From Octopus bimaculoides (lineage: Eukaryota), in NCBI RefSeq assembly GCF_001194135.2, contig NC_068990.1, forward strand, positions 87,202,223-87,266,175: a stretch of DNA of 63,953 nucleotides, in the 5' to 3' direction. How positions within the stretch are numbered: the stretch's first letter is position 1; each line of letters opens with the position of its first letter. Position numbers and translations under genes: made by a program. The notes under the pieces were generated by a model, which was not told the origin of the DNA, did not search any database, and was given only the letters and a program-made list of their open reading frames with translations. This document shows positions 48,801 through 63,953 of this stretch, piece after piece.

Positions 48801-49519
48801 TGATGAACTAATTTAAATTATCAAATTACTGTGACACAGATATTGTGTGAAGAGGTAATGATTTTCTTGTCTCATATACATACATACATAAGCAAACATT
48901 ATATATATACTTACATGATGTATACATGAGGCACATGTATCCAAATATGTATGTATATATAGTATGCACACATAGACATATGTATAAAGTGTTTCTATCG
49001 TTATTCATGGGTCAGCAAATTCCTTACGGATGAGGCTGAATGGATTAAAAACGGGGGGGGGGGGAATTTCTTTGTTTCATAAGACTGAGGTCTTAAACTT
49101 GTATAAATTCTTACACCTGGCAAAGCGAAAGCATTAGGGGCAAACTCTACCTTATTGATAAAGAATATGGTTGGGTAGGGGTAAAAAAAATTGTGTAATA
49201 TTTTGTTTGGGATGGGAACTGACTATTATACGTCAGTTTGGGGAACCACTGCAATAACCTCTGTGCGTGTGTGTGTGTGCATTGATGCAATGTAAAACCA
49301 AAAAGGAAGAATTCAATTGTCACTAATAGTGACTGAGGGTGCATTGTAGCACCTACATTGCTATATGTATGTGTGTGTCTATATATATATATATATATCG
49401 TTGTTATATATATACATACACTTTGTGTCTATTTATATATGTATCTCTCTGTATGTTGTGTGTTAAAAACGGTGTCACGCCAAGCTGTTCTAACTGTCCC
49501 ATTCTTTGGTGGGCGTGTA

Positions 49520-49559
<40 letters not shown>

Positions 49560-51164
49560 GGTATCGTGGTAGACTTAGCTCACTGAATAATCACACACAC
49601 ACTTCTACTATTTACTGTTTACTCCCTTTCCTGTTTTTTTTTTTTTTAGTTTTCCCTCTCCCCCCTCTCTCATACACATTTTATCTTACTCCTGCTAAAC
49701 CTCTTTTTCATGTTTATTACTCTCTGACTGACACATGCACATTTTTTTCTCACATATACATAATCTCTCTCTTTCTCTCTGACATTTTTCTCTCTCTCTC
49801 TTTCTCTGACATTTCTCTCTCTCTCTTTCTCTTTGACATTTCTCTCTCTTTCTCTTTGACATTTCTTTCTCTCTCTTTGGTTTCTCTCCTTCCCCCCCTC
49901 TAACCCATCCACTCTCTGTCCACTTTTTATCCACACTCTCCTAACTCTCTCCAGAACACACACACACTCTCTCCCCTTCATCTCTCCTTCCATTGAAAAT
50001 AGAACGATCGAGACAACGAAAAGTGACTCCAAAGTAGAAATTACCGTCCATCCAGCCTTCTTACACTCGTTTCTAATCTGCTAACCCAGTAGAATGACTG
50101 GTACGTTTTTGTAGTAATCAACATCTAATGCATATATACTGTGTGTGTGTGTGTATGCGCACTTGCATGCATGCAAAATATTGGTTACAAAGCCTTGAGA
50201 TTTACCGTGTGCGTGCGCGCTTTGTGCTAATGAAATTCTTAATCCTCACATTTGTAGTGATAGCAAATGGCATGTTGTGCCATTCATGTTTTCCCAGAAT
50301 TCTCGTGAGCAAAGGTGTATAGTTTTACAGTTAATCTAGGTAGGAAATGCGAACAGCTCTAAATGAATCTGCTTCTGCCTAAGTGAACGACACCCTCTTC
50401 TGTGTGTGTGTGTGTGTGTGTGAATTTTTAGTTAATGGTGAGATTTTAGGTAATAGTAATCTTCTCTACTAGCACCACCACTTGTACTACAATTATTTCT
50501 TAGTATCTCCTCCACTGTTACTGTTAGCCTTTGCCACCACCACCACCACTACTACTACTTCTACTGTTGATATTGCGTATTACTACCACCACTACTGCTG
50601 TTATTGATATTACTAAATAACTGACGCTATTGAAATTGCTACATACTATCATTATTATTATTATTATTTGTGTTACAACAAAATACCATTATCGCTGCTG
50701 CTGCTGCTGCTACTACTACTTATTTCTGTCACTACGACCGCTACTGCTCTTGCTGTTACTTCCATACCACCACTTCTGCTATTATTGATAATACACTACA
50801 CACACCGTCACCCTACTTATTGATGTTACTACAAAACTTCCAACTGCCACTGTTGTTTGAATTAGTAAATACCAACCACTGCTATTACAACACTGTTGTC
50901 ATCGACATTGCAACACGCTGGTGCTCTTTGAGTGTCTTCACTGTTAAAAGAATATATGGTTCCAGTCCTAGATTCCACCCCCAAATGGTGTCAGATGCCG
51001 TCTAAGGGGTTGTGGGCATTGATTGGTCTTCTTTAGGGTGTTCAGATAAAGACTTCTATTATTGCCCTTACTAGGTCTATTTGCTATATATTTCCTGCCA
51101 TCTTCTACTAATTTGTTCCATACAATTATTACCACTGATAGTGTGTACACACACATACACACAC

Positions 51165-51410
51165 ATCATCATTATTGTTTAACGTCTGCGTTCCATGCTG
51201 GCATGGGTTGGATGGTTTGATTGAGGTCTGGAGAGCCAGCGGCTGCACCAAGCTCCAATCTGATTTGGCAAGGTTTCTACAGCTGGATGCCCTTCCTAAC
51301 GCCAACCACTCTGAGAGTGTAGTGGGTGCTTTTTACGTGCATGAGGGCCAGTTAGGCTGCACTGGCATCGACCATGCGCAGATGGTTCTTTTTATGTGCC
51401 ACCGGCACAG
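51165..51410 (-). mobile_element. SINE family C
   Basis: Aligns with 10967. Confidence 0.88.
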
Positions 51411-52357
51411 ATTTATATATATGTATATATATATGTGTGTGTGTGTACACACACACACACACACATCCTTGTATATGCATATATACACATATATGTGTGT
51501 GTGTGTGTGTGTATGTATATATGTATATCTGAGGATAGAAAACTCCGAATGACTCGTCCTTGTTTTCTTTGTATCACCTGTCTGGATGTTTTGCGTTCTT
51601 GTCCCATTTTTGTATTTTATATATATATATATATATATGGGTGTGTGCGCGTATATATGTATATTGTCAAAAAAACATGGATCAGAAAAAGAAGCATGCT
51701 CTGAAGAAAAGAGCAGTAAGTATTAATAAATATATATACACGCGCGCGAATATGTGTATATATCCATATACAAGGATGTGTGTGTGTGTGTGTATATATT
51801 CATATATATATATTATTCATGCATACATTATCTCCATGACTTCTGATTTATTTTTCTAGCCTTATGTTTATTTACATACTTAGACCTTTCCTCCTGCACA
51901 TATGTACACAACACACACACACACACATACATGCGCCCACACATATTTATACTCATGCACATGCAAGCACACACACCCGCATGTTAGTACATGTATATAT
52001 AATGTACTTGTGTACAATGCCCATCCACCGAATTCCAGTTACAGGTTGTTGGTTAACATCAAACTTCAATAGAGTGCTTACACAAGGTTTCACTTGGTGG
52101 GATTGAACTCAGAATCCTATAATTTCAAAGATTTTTTTTTTAACTACCCAGTGATGGCAATACTCATGGACATGCTGGCTGATCATTCACTGGTGGAGAA
52201 ACTTTTTTTAGTTGCTGTAGAACGAAGCAGATGAAACAACAGCCTGTCTGTGTGATGGTGGTTTATGCGTGTTGAGCAAATTTTTGCTTGTCTGTCAAGT
52301 GGCATAGAACATCTGCCTTTAGACTTGAACAGTCGTCTCTTGTGGCCCTTGTGTAGG

Positions 52358-52392
<35 letters not shown>

Positions 52393-55300
52393 ACACAAAC
52401 ACACTTGCATTATGTATATAGGATTGACTCATTTGGCATGTGACTTTCAAATGGAAACAATTACTACTATCATGATAGCCATTTAAAAACACTGTTGTAT
52501 TCTCTTGTGTTTTAGTTTGTGATAGAATTCACTAAGTGTCAAATTTTCCTTGACCAACTGTAAATTGTCTCACTGATCCATAGGTGGTTAAATAAATTGT
52601 TTTGATATTTTATAGTAGTTAATGTTAACGGGAAATAAAACTGAAATATATATATAGTGTTATGTGTGTGTATTTAAATTGGCTATCATCATGACTTTTT
52701 CAGAGAGAGAGAGAGAGAGAGAGTGTGTGTGTGTGTGTGTGTGTGTACACACATACATATATAAATCCTTTCTACTATAGGCAACAGTCCTGAAATTCTG
52801 GGAGAGAATGTTAATAGATGATATTGACCTCAGCACTGAACTGGTATTTAATTACTTAATTGACCCTGAAAGGATGAAAGGTAAAGTTGATGTCAGTGGA
52901 ATTTGAACTTGGAACATAAGGATGGATGAAATTCTGCTAAGCAGTCTCTCCACTGTATCAGATGATTCTATAAACAAATGAAGTCCTTTAAGATAGTTGT
53001 TCCTCATCAAGTTATATATCTTGTTACTCTCACCTTCAGAAATATTGCACTTTATATAATTAATATGTAAGCATATAATCTTGGGTTAAAACTTATGTTA
53101 ATGATATATTAATTATATTTGCAATCAATGTTTTTTCCTTCCAAAGCACCAACAGGGTAGAGGGAGTTCTTCTATCTCTCTTACATACTCTCTTTATTGC
53201 TGGTAGCATAATAAGATGCACTCAATCCACACTGGAAAGCATACGTAACGAAGTTGCCTGAAGTTGCCTCTTTGCGTTGTCATGATGTCCCTATATATAA
53301 TTGTATGTGAACTTGACACTAATTTTCTTGATCTTAGTTTGAAGTGACATGAAATTACAAAAGTGTCATTGCTGATCGTAATGTCACTTTAATTAATCAA
53401 CGAAGCATGACTGAAATTTGCATTAACTAAAATAAGATAATCACTTTTGGAATTTTCTCTTTTATAACTGATCCATATCTTCATTCTATCTTTTAAAATT
53501 GTTTACTTACCAATACATATTGAGGTCAATTTAATGTACTCTTTCATTAATTCAAATTGTACCTTGTTCCTAGGGAAAAAAAGATAACAATATAGTTGTG
53601 ATTTTCACATCAATCCTCTTTTTCTTTTATCACAGTCTTTTTTATCCTTATCCTCATGGTTTGGGTTGAAATAATTTTCATTGAATTTTTATTTATTTCT
53701 TGTGGTTCAGTGCTTTTCTTTGCCACTATTGTGATTGAATGAACATTGAGCCAACAAATCTACGTATGAAATCACTCACCACTTCCATCTATTTGCTAAT
53801 ACTTAATGAATTAATTATGATGTTCAAAATGTTTAGTGGTAAATTGCAGAACAGCGTTTGGTTGATCATATGTAGGTTGTAAATTTCTGGACAGAATTTT
53901 TTGCAATAAAGACAAAGCGATCAACGTCAGGTTGCTGATTGAACAAATACAAGTGTTTAACTCAAATCAACATATTTGTGTAAATTGAAGGCTGTGTTGC
54001 TTCTGGATTGTTTCTGTGATGCTTGTTCACTTAGCTCTGTGCTGTATAACTACCCATCAACTATAACAACTAAATATATGGCTTGTATTTATCATAAACA
54101 TTAGACACTTTCCAAATTTACAAATGCCTTACTTTAATTATAAAGGTTACATTCACTCTCTTTATGAAACACCAAATATTTTTTTTTTTTTGTTTGTTTG
54201 TCCTGAGGTCCATTCTTAATTTTTAGATGATTTTTCTCCAGATTAACATGCAGCACCTATTGGCAGCAGATAGGGTGAGGCAAGATAACTTATCTTATCT
54301 ATGATACAAAACATAGGCTAAACATTAATACTTCAGTTGTGAGTTGTGCACATGACTGTAGCTTAATGTGAGGGCTGTAGTTGAAAGTCACAGCTAGGTA
54401 GATAGATTGAGGATTTGGAAGTTGGTACATCGTTGTCTGAGGTTTAATGGTGAATGTAACACTCTATCAGTAACACTGTACTGTCATTCAGAAGTATGCT
54501 ATGACTTTTAGTATCCGTTATGACTAAGTACTCAGTAAAGTTGTGAATCTACAACAATCTGATTACATTGTTCCACATGTGTTTTCAACTTCTTTTTGAA
54601 CTGTATAGATATCACACTTGGAATTTTACATGTTTAACCTAGTTTGGTATCTCTTGGTTCATAGTTTAACACTTGCATTATCTGGACAGTTGAGCTGGAT
54701 TACATCTAATTTAGAAGTGTCTCTGGATAAAGTTTCAGTTCTTACAATTGTTCACTTTTCAACTCTCTTGGGTCAAATAAATGAATATCCAGATATTTTT
54801 GATGGCTAGAAATCATGATCATCAGCAGCAAATGTTTTGAGGCCATTTTCCCTTGCTAAATGAGGGTTAGTTTTGCAGGCTTCTGAAGTATTCATTTTGT
54901 TTCCCTTTTGAAGTAATGTCCTTTCACCAACCATTCTAGTTGCCTTTTACAATATAAGGATACAGTGAACCTGCTTTAAAACCAGGAAATGCACAGTAGT
55001 CAGTTCTCACTTTTTTTTTTTTTAATTATTATATTTGACTCTGTGACTTTAATGTGTGTGTGTTGTGTTATTTGAAATGCTGTAATTCTTGTGAGAAATT
55101 TTCATTCCAACTAAAGCCAACAAGTCAGTGTCTATGTGGTAACTTGTCCTTCTAGAAGTTTCCTTCAGATCAAGATCACACCCCACCATCTTATTAACAT
55201 GGAGGATACATTAGATAATGTAGTCCTGAAAACCTACTAAAAAGAGGGTTCACAACTGGAATACTCAAGCAAGGATGACCTGAAGCTAAACAACTGTCTC

Positions 55301-55699
55301 CATTTAAAGAAAAACAAACAAAAAATTTCATGAGTGAAATATATTTTAATATATTTTTTAGTATACTTTCAAAGTTAGCCTTATTGTTCAGGTCTTATAT
55401 ATATTTTTTTCTGATTATGTTGCAGCCTAACCCCTCCCTCACCCCATAAGAAGTTTAGTTTGTTGGATGGTTAGGAATTTGATGAACTCATTTTGCTGTT
55501 ACTGCCTGGTGATATAATACTTGCCATATTTCTAACAGTAGACTGATTGTATGTTCCAGTTAAGTTTTTAAATAAGATTCTGAGCAAAAATATTTAACGT
55601 TTCTTTTAATTGATGTTTAGAAGGAAGACTTGTCCTGCTAGAAACAGCTGCTGACTATCCTTCAAATCAAATTTTACCATCCTAAAAATAAAAATCTTG

Positions 55700-57390
55700 T
55701 ATATACAGCAAAGAGAGAAGTTGAAAGTGTGTGAAGTTTGCTAATGTGCAGAGTTGTGGGGTGTTCTAAATTGCAGAGCATTGTCAAATCGAGAAGTTGA
55801 AGGAAAATATGTATGGAATGACAGCTATGCACTTGGCTTTGTTGATGCCAAGTAGAAAGAGGCAGGAGAGTGTTACTACAAGAGTTGCTATGTGAGAGGT
55901 GGGGATACTCCAACTAGACCTGACAGGAGTATATGGCTGAAATATTAAGGGGACAAAGGCAAGGAAAGCTGCTGGATCAGATTTTAGTCACTGAAATGCT
56001 GAAAATATGTGAGGTTGAGCATGTACTAATCACTTGCTCAGTCAAATAGGTACTACAGGAAGGTATTATAACTAATGACTGACATACTAATGACTGACAT
56101 AGGACTACCATCAACAGTAACAAGGGGGGGGGGGGCTTGAAAAAGCAGCTATTGATGGACCAAGTTATGGAAGTAGCAGAAAGAGTTATAATGCAATTGA
56201 TGAGGAAGGGAATCAGTTCAGATGTGATAGTTTGAGTTGTTACCAGAACAATATCACTGTTTTTCCTAGGTGAAACAACTAAAAAAAAATAATTTTTTAT
56301 CTAAGAATATGCTACTACATCTAAAAATTCACTGATTTGTGGGAGGACTTTAACAGGGACCTTACTCACTGGTCTGCAGGTTGCTAAGAATACTAGGTAG
56401 ACAAATAGTTTGTGAGAGCAAGCAATGCAAACCATATATAGTGATGCTACCAGCAAAATGAGTTAGCAATGAGTTCAACAAGGAATTTTGGTAGGTGTCC
56501 ACAGGGATTCAATTTTCAGCTTGCTGGTTTATTATAGTTCTCCAACTCATGAGAGAGGAGTTGATGACCAGCTGCCTGCCAGAACTTTTGATACTGATGG
56601 CCCAGTTCTCGTAAGTTCCAACATAGGAGCCTGATTTAGAATTTTAAGAGTCAAAAATTATAAGTTTTGGAGACAAAAATTATAAGTTTTGGAGTTAGGT
56701 TCTCAACATGCAGGAATTCTTTAATGTGCACAAGGTGTAAACTGGGTGCACAAGAGTTGCAGTAGTATCACAAGCAGGTTGAAAGAGAAAAGGAACTGAA
56801 AGAGTATCCATAAAATTCTTTCAAATATTCAGAAGGCTCCCTAGAAGTAGTTGATAGCTTCCATGCCTTAATTATTTGTGGAAGTGAATGCTCAGAGTGT
56901 AGATGCAGTGGAAAAAGTTCAGTTACTACCTCTGCTGGTGTATGTTTCTCAATAGAGAACAGATTGTATGGTTTTTGTGCACAAAGAGCAATGTTGTATG
57001 CCAGGGAACCATGTACGTTGAATGTTGAGGAGGGACAAATGCTGGAAAGGAAGACAAGCATGCTTTGCTGCATACTGTAAGGTTATGCATGAACGACAGA
57101 GCACAAATGAGGTGAGAGAAGAAGAATATGGTATAAGAGGAATCAAATGCTGTACGCAAGAGCAAAGACTGGCGGTGTGGATGTGCCTGTGAAGGGCGAC
57201 AGTTGGGTGAAGAAATGCCAATTGATCCATATGGAAAAACCTGTGGAAGAGGGAGATCCCTGCTGACATGGGAAAGTGAATAATGAAAATTTATGCCGTC
57301 AAAAGGCTGACCCTCAAGAATTTCACAAATGACTAAAAAAATACTGAGGCTGTGCTTGAAAAAGAACATCCAATCCATGTAAGCTTGGAC
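55700..57390 (+). mobile_element. Heavily decayed RTE LINE (RT and C-terminal remnants, interrupted)
   Basis: Remnants GKAAG...EMLK and LMDQVMEVAERVI, plus an RTE-type 3' region near 56930-57390. Confidence 0.65.
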
Positions 57391-59881
57391 ATAGGTGTGT
57401 TAAATTAATAAAGTCTAGTTAATTTCTCAAATAGTTTTTGTATTGTTAGTAGTGTGAAGTTGCTGAGCACTGAATCTTTGGATTTTCTTACCCCATTCTA
57501 TGTGGTAATAATGTTAAATTCTTCCATATTTGAATATTATACAAATTAGTCATGATGGATTAATTAGATTTTTTTTATTTCTTTTTGAGAGAAGATAAAG
57601 ATATTGTGTATGAAAGGTGTGAACCATTTCAGCCAACTCGTTTTTATCTACCAAGTATCTAAGCTTTGTTACAGCCCCTTTTGTGTTCCTTTATGAAGTC
57701 CAGTTCTCTGTTTTTGCTTCACTGATTCTGTTCAGGAACATGATAAAAAGCAGATGAATTCAAGGTGAATAGCAGAGCGATGAGAGAGACCCAGTGTGAT
57801 AGAGGAAAGTGTAATGGCAGAGGGATAAAGATATCGATAGTTACATGTTGCTAGATGATTGATTAGAAAAACAGCTTGCATGATGTGATAGGAGAAAGAG
57901 AGAGAGAGAGAGAGAGACAAAGTAATTGAAGTGAGAGGGGGAGTGATAGTTGTCAGCAGTAAGTGATAAAGGAATGAGTGCTGTGAGAGTGATGGTTACC
58001 ATGAAGATTGGAGTTGGTGAGAGAGAGAGAAATAGAGAGATGAGTATGTTTTTTGCAGCTTGGGGAAATGATGATTCAACAAAGATTACACTGCGTTTTA
58101 ACATTGCATTTTGTTGACAATTGCATCATTGGTTACAGGTTTTCAACTGGTCAGTCACTGGTTCACTGTATGCATGTGTTGTGCAATTGTGTTGATGTTT
58201 TTGATATTTGGAAGTGTGTGCCTGATGAGGAGGGATGTCGGACAGTGTTTGCAGTCGGCAACCTTTAGGTTCCTAAAAAGACTCTAAATGTATTTGTAAA
58301 ATCATAGAAATGTTAGAAAGAGAATTTCACATTTAGCAGGAGTCATTCAAATTTGTATTAACATTTACAAAGAATCCATTAAAACTGTTCTTCTCTGTAT
58401 GTATTTGTTTTCACTTATCAGGAGAGAGCAACAATTTATGTGTATGTGTGTGAGAGAGCAAGACATACAGATGAGACATTGATTGTTAATGGCAGGAAGA
58501 AAAATATGACTGTTGTGCTAAAGACATGTATGTGTACATAGAACAATGCAGCAGCCCTCGGAGAATTACTGGGTTAGAGGTAAGTTGTGACTGGTGTGTT
58601 TTATATAGCTGTTCCCAGTCAATCATTAGCACAAAAGCAAATGATTATTGGCAAATATATCTCTTGTAAGACCAGACCTCATGATTGCAGGCTTGTCTGT
58701 CTAAATATGTCAATTATGGGTTTTTTTCCTTCCCATCTCTTTCTACATCTCCTCAGCTTATTACCAAAGAAATGGTGAAAAATTTTTTTGTTAGCCTAAA
58801 ATTGATTTATTGTTCTGCAGTTGGTTAGGTACAGGTTAGCTCTTATTCAGCTGATTTTACCAGACTTTCCAACTGTGACCAGCCTTTTTTTTTTTTCTTT
58901 TTCATGGATTTTGTTAAACCTGGAAGATATTATCCAACGTGCCCTTTTTTTTTTTTTATGGGAGGACATGGAATGAAAGAGATCTGGCTATTTCTCACAG
59001 ATTGGGACAATCACAGAAGCCCCAATGTTATCAGTTGACTTTTGTAACAATACCTATCTAAAGCTAATTACAATATTTCCAGTTTGTATCTAGATGCAGT
59101 TATTCTTACTTTGTCGTACTTTGCTATTCTTAAGGACCCATAGATTATTCAGCAGACTCTTTGAAACCCACTCCAGATATACTGGCTGTGGTCATGAGCA
59201 GGCAGACACTATGTTCTTTACATCGCTCTAGTGGTTTCACAATGGTTCACAAATTACTTGAGCATGCTGGTCTTCAGTGGTTCAATACCCCATCCAAACA
59301 GTTTTCTCATTTGCTTAACACCAGTAAAATCAGACCCTTGCGCTTAGGTGATGTATTACAGTAAATACATTGTAGCCTATACTTGTTTTTTTCTTACAGA
59401 AAACAATATTGTGAACCCAAACTAATTGCCAGTGATGGGATACAAACATACTTTGTTTACTAGACTGGTGGTAGAAATAGCTGTCAAATCTCCCTCAAAA
59501 TTTTATAAAGGAAGTACACGTTAGATAATGTAGTCCTGGATAATTTGCTTAAAATGGATTGTCGTTGCTGAAATGCTTTTGATTATTTGTCTGTTTAATG
59601 GATCAGGGTTAATTTTTGGATAACAACTAACTGTAATTTACATACAAATGAGAAATTTCATGAAACTTTGCTGTGGTATCTTTTTAAGAGACTTTTTCTT
59701 TTTTCTTTTTTGTTCCCTCTAATTGTCCTTTTCCTTTAGCTTCTTAACATTTTTGACATTCAGTATGTGTTTTAGTGTGACTCAATCATTACATCATTTA
59801 TAACTGTGCCAAGTGGTGCACCATTCTTAACCGGTACCCTTTGCATACCCACTGGGAAAGATTTGAAACCTTCTGTAAGCA

Positions 59882-60060
59882 GTCATCATCATCATCATCT
59901 GGTTGAGCTCGCTCAAACATTATTGATCTGCATACACCATCCATCCCAGTCCAGCAGCGGTTGAGGGAGTTCTTCTGAGAGGCATCCAGTGTCTCTGGTG
60001 TGTTGATCTACATACATTGTGTTCAGATGACCTACTCAAGTACAGCCGTACTTTGTCATC
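59882..60060 (-). mobile_element. RTE/RTE-X LINE 3' end with an (ATG)n tail
   Basis: Translation YVDQHTRDTGCLSEELPQ..DWDGW followed by (GAT)n. Confidence 0.6.
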
Positions 60061-60324
60061 TATAGCAGTAAGTTACTTGCCAGCTGTTGTTTAGCTTGTC
60101 AGCAATAAGTAGTTTCCATTAAATAGTATATTAGATGCAGTCAGAATGATGTGTTTATGTTGCGTTTATAATTGTTTTAAGAGGTGACTAAAAGGATTGG
60201 TGATAAAAAGTGCATCTGACTGCATGATACACCAACTGAGAAAACTCAGCCAATCCGTACCAGCATGGAAAAGCTAGCACAAAAAGAGCATAAAATCTCA
60301 AAATTATCTTTTCTGCTCTAGGTA

Positions 60325-60522
60325 TGTGTCCCAAACTTTTGGGGGAGGAGGGCAGTTAATTAGATCGAGTCCAGTACACAACTGGTACTTAATTTATCAA
60401 CCTCGAAAGGATGAAAGATGAAAGTCGACCTCGGCAGATTTTGAACTCAGAACGTTAAGACAGACAAAATACCGCTAAGCATTTTGCCTGGCGTGTTAAC
60501 ATTTCTGCCAGCTCACCACCTT
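60325..60522 (-). mobile_element. SINE family B
   Basis: Reverse complement of the 21838 copy. Confidence 0.85.
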
Positions 60523-61148
60523 AATCTCAAAATTATGATGAGAAAACAAAAATAAAAAAAAAATGCTCTTATATTCACGCTTTTCCTCCAGGAGTATCAA
60601 ACAACAACACAAAATAGCTCTTGTGAACTTGCTGGTTTTCTCAGGTTTATCAGTGTATATCACAGAACTTCCATTCATTCAGTAATTTCTTTGTCGACTG
60701 GAATATTTTAACATCATCATCAGATTTCTGACTTAATTTCTGTATTTTCCAACTACTTCTCTTCACCAATTAAATCATTAATCATTGCTATTATTTCTGC
60801 TATTATTACTTAAATATGGTTTTTGTGTGTTTCGCTACACAACCGAGTACAGCTGCTTGCAGTGGTTTTTGTTTACATGTTCGATCGAGTGTTTTATGTA
60901 AGATGTATGCAGTGCCTAGTATTGCTATTTGTCTGTGCTCTTTTTTATTATTACTAGAAGGTACTAGATGGCATAAATGATAAAATGCCAGATTTGATAC
61001 CTTGTGGTGTTTATTTACATCATTTTACGTTCAGAATTAAAATACTGCCGAGATCAACTTTGCTTTTCATCCATCCCAGTTAATTACTGAGGTGGATTTA
61101 ATCAGCTGAGCCCTTCCTCCAAAATTATAGCCTTGTACCAATAATTGC

Positions 61149-61181
<33 letters not shown>

Positions 61182-63953
61182 GAATGTATTTGCTGTTTCA
61201 TGTCTATATTTCTATAGTTAAGTAGTTCTACAGATTGATTAGCTTATGAATTATTTTAGTTACTGTTTCCTAATACTAGCTACTCACATTCGTCCATTGT
61301 GGTTGAAGGCCATTATGACTGGACAATGAATTATTGTCCAAGAAGGATGATGAGCAACTTCCTTGTAGGATATATATCCATTCATAGAATGTTCTGGGTT
61401 GCTGACACATTAGGGTGAAATTTTGCTTTACATGTGGTATATAACCACTCGTAACTTTTTATTGTTTTGGAATTTTTAGAAAATTTTTACAAATTTGTGT
61501 TCTACACATGGGAGTTTACATTACTATGCAACCCCACCTTATTTTTTGATTTAAGGGGTATTTAGCTGTTATTTTTAGAACATCTAATGACCACCTCATT
61601 ACTGTCCTCATTTGTTTGTCTCTCTGATGTATTGACATTTTGCAATCTTTCTCGCTGCAAACACATTTAATGGTCTATTGCTGGGATTTCAGCCAAAGAT
61701 TCAAACTGTCTGTATTTTAAAGTGTGATTTAAAAAAAAATTAAAATTTTTTTTTAATTCAAAAAAAGTATTTTTCCGTAGTCATGTGAATACCTGTGTGT
61801 AGAACACAAATTCACAAAAGCTTTCTGGAAATTCCAAAAAATAAAAAAGTACAATGAGGTCATATGCCATGTGTTAAACAGAATTCTACCCACATTAAGA
61901 TCTACATGGATGTTTTGTGTTCCAAAACTATTGTGTAACAAGGAAAAGAGGCTGACTGATGTTTAGTAGGTTGTAGGAACTCTGTGTAAATTAACAATTT
62001 AACTTGTATGGTTGAGATTAAATCAGATTTGTTGAGCCACTAGGAGAAGTAGCCTTCTATTTGATGTATTATTCAAATCCTGTCAAGGCTCACTGACTTT
62101 GTTGATCTTTTTCTAGAGTTAATGAAATAAATCCCTGTCAAGTACTGGGTTCAATGTAACTGACGATTCCCCTTCTTCCAGTTTTCTGACCTTGTTTAAG
62201 AAATCTTTCTGCAGTCAAGTACTGGAATTGATTTAATTGACAATCTCCTCCCTCAAATTTGTGGCCTCGTGCCAAAGCTAGAAGTCATTTACATTCAGCA
62301 GTGTATAGTAAAATTGTTTGAGCAATAAGGAAATTGTTGGTGTATTTGTCTTGATGACAACCAGCCAACAAGAGAACTTCTATGCAGATGCTCTACCATC
62401 ATAACCACTAAGGAAACACTAAAAACATCTACTCTTAGGCAACCCAGCAGTAACAGGATGGTCGTTGCTGGAATTCATTTGGTCACAGTCTTGCTCAGTT
62501 CACTCTAACTCAGTCGTGCTGTACACTGTGATTAACCAAAGCATGTTTAAAAGTGCAAGACTGATGCAACACTACGGCAGCTTCTAGAAACCATTTGTGT
62601 TGGTTATTCTGCAGCTACGACTCTGTTTGTTTCTCTAAAGCTTCTGACTTATTTCTTGTGAAAAATTAGAAATGTAGACACCAGGTCTTCTTGATATAAT
62701 TCTAGTATATCTTTAGAAATCTATGACTTCGACACTAGTCCATTTGACTGAATTGATTGATGCTATTTTACTTGTACTTTTAATTAACAAGAAAGATTGG
62801 AGAGTAAAAATCAATCTTTGTTAGGATTTTAGTTAACTAAGAGCTTGAAGATGATAAAACAAAATATTGTAGTAAATTCTGAGTAATACTTCTTTAGAAA
62901 AATAAATTAGTTAATGGAGTGAGTATGGTGTCTATAACCCGCCCAAGCTCTCCCAGATTGAAATTAAAGTGACTGATATCCAACCCGGACATTTTGTAGG
63001 TGAGCAGTTAAAGGAAAAAACCTGTATGGAGTACTGATTGAAGATGTGGTCTGAATGCTTGTACAACAAAATGAATATTGTTTAAAGGTACCCTAAGGAT
63101 AGGCAACAGCCATATTAAATTGGCATTTTACACCTTACACTCACCCTACATTCCATGGCATCCCAGCCATTATTATCACTGTGCCAAAATCTCACTCACT
63201 CGCACTCTCTTTCTCACTCTCTCACTCGTACACTCTCACTCACTTGCACTCTCTCTTTCTTATCCAGGAAATAACCCCCCCCCCCTCTTTTCTTCAGGTC
63301 TTTGAAACCTTGATAACTGGTATTTTCGTTCTATGAAAGTTATGGCAGATTTTACTATATAAATTTTTACAAAGTTCTTTTCTAACTCACATGACCTGCC
63401 GCCCACCAGTCATCTCTCTTGCAGATACTTTGTTGTTAGAGTGCCTCTTAAGTGTCCTTTCCTATTATCCAAGATATTACCTCAGTCTTCTTGAGCTGAT
63501 GGTTAATTAGGTTGGAGCTCATTCCAGTTTCCGTAGCATTAAGTGACTGAGAGTATGCAGCTCCACTCCCATCCTGATCTGGATGCTTGTCACAAGGCAC
63601 CCCCTCACCCCCCATGTTGCACTCAGTTTCAGCTGAGTGAACTGAATTGATATGAAACACAACATACTGTCCAGACCAGTTGAACCCACACCCCCTCTAT
63701 TATACTATGTCTTTATTTATATATATATATATATATATAATCATTGCACTCTGTCGGTTACAATGACGAGGGTTCCAGTTGATCTTGAGTGTCTTTAGTA
63801 GAGTCCACTCTAGTGTAACTGCTCAAACCAGGTCTTCAGTTTCAGGACATCTTCCTCTCTCCTTTGTTCTTGCCTAGGAGGTCCTGACTGAAGTGGGTCA
63901 TCACCTATTTCCTTCTCCTGACTAAGCAATATATATATATATATATATATATA

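Noticed and set aside
54242-54274. 33-nt plus-strand micro-exon (INMQHLLAADR)
   Set aside because: Splice signals are plausible but no linked exons or homology were found, so it is indistinguishable from chance.
58218-58262. Another CTGATGAG hammerhead core
   Set aside because: No downstream GAAA or stem I complement.

Overview
AT-rich, microsatellite-dense animal genomic DNA with roughly 4.5 kb of N gaps. The SINE, MITE and RTE families look like those of Octopus; this is recognition from memory, not a database check. There is one well-supported gene: a spliced, minus-strand EFHB (CFAP21)-like gene. I assembled ten phase-consistent coding exons by hand from 15476 to the stop at 4338 (569 codons plus stop). 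A probable first coding exon lies at 25186-25299, just downstream of an RFX X-box-like motif. The gene's N-terminus includes two paralogous 57-nt exons from a tandem exon duplication. The rest of the window is mostly tRNA-derived SINEs, piggyBac-, hAT- and mariner-type non-autonomous transposons, decayed LINE fragments and tandem repeats. The most notable items are the duplicated exon pair, three degenerate minimal hammerhead-like motifs, a tRNA-headed foldback in an EFHB intron, and a 21-bp inverted pair tightly flanking one exon. From 26 kb to the end I could not identify a gene; candidate exons there are speculative. Nearly all ORFs in the supplied track are microsatellite or gap artefacts. 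I see no convincing wholly new multi-gene system.
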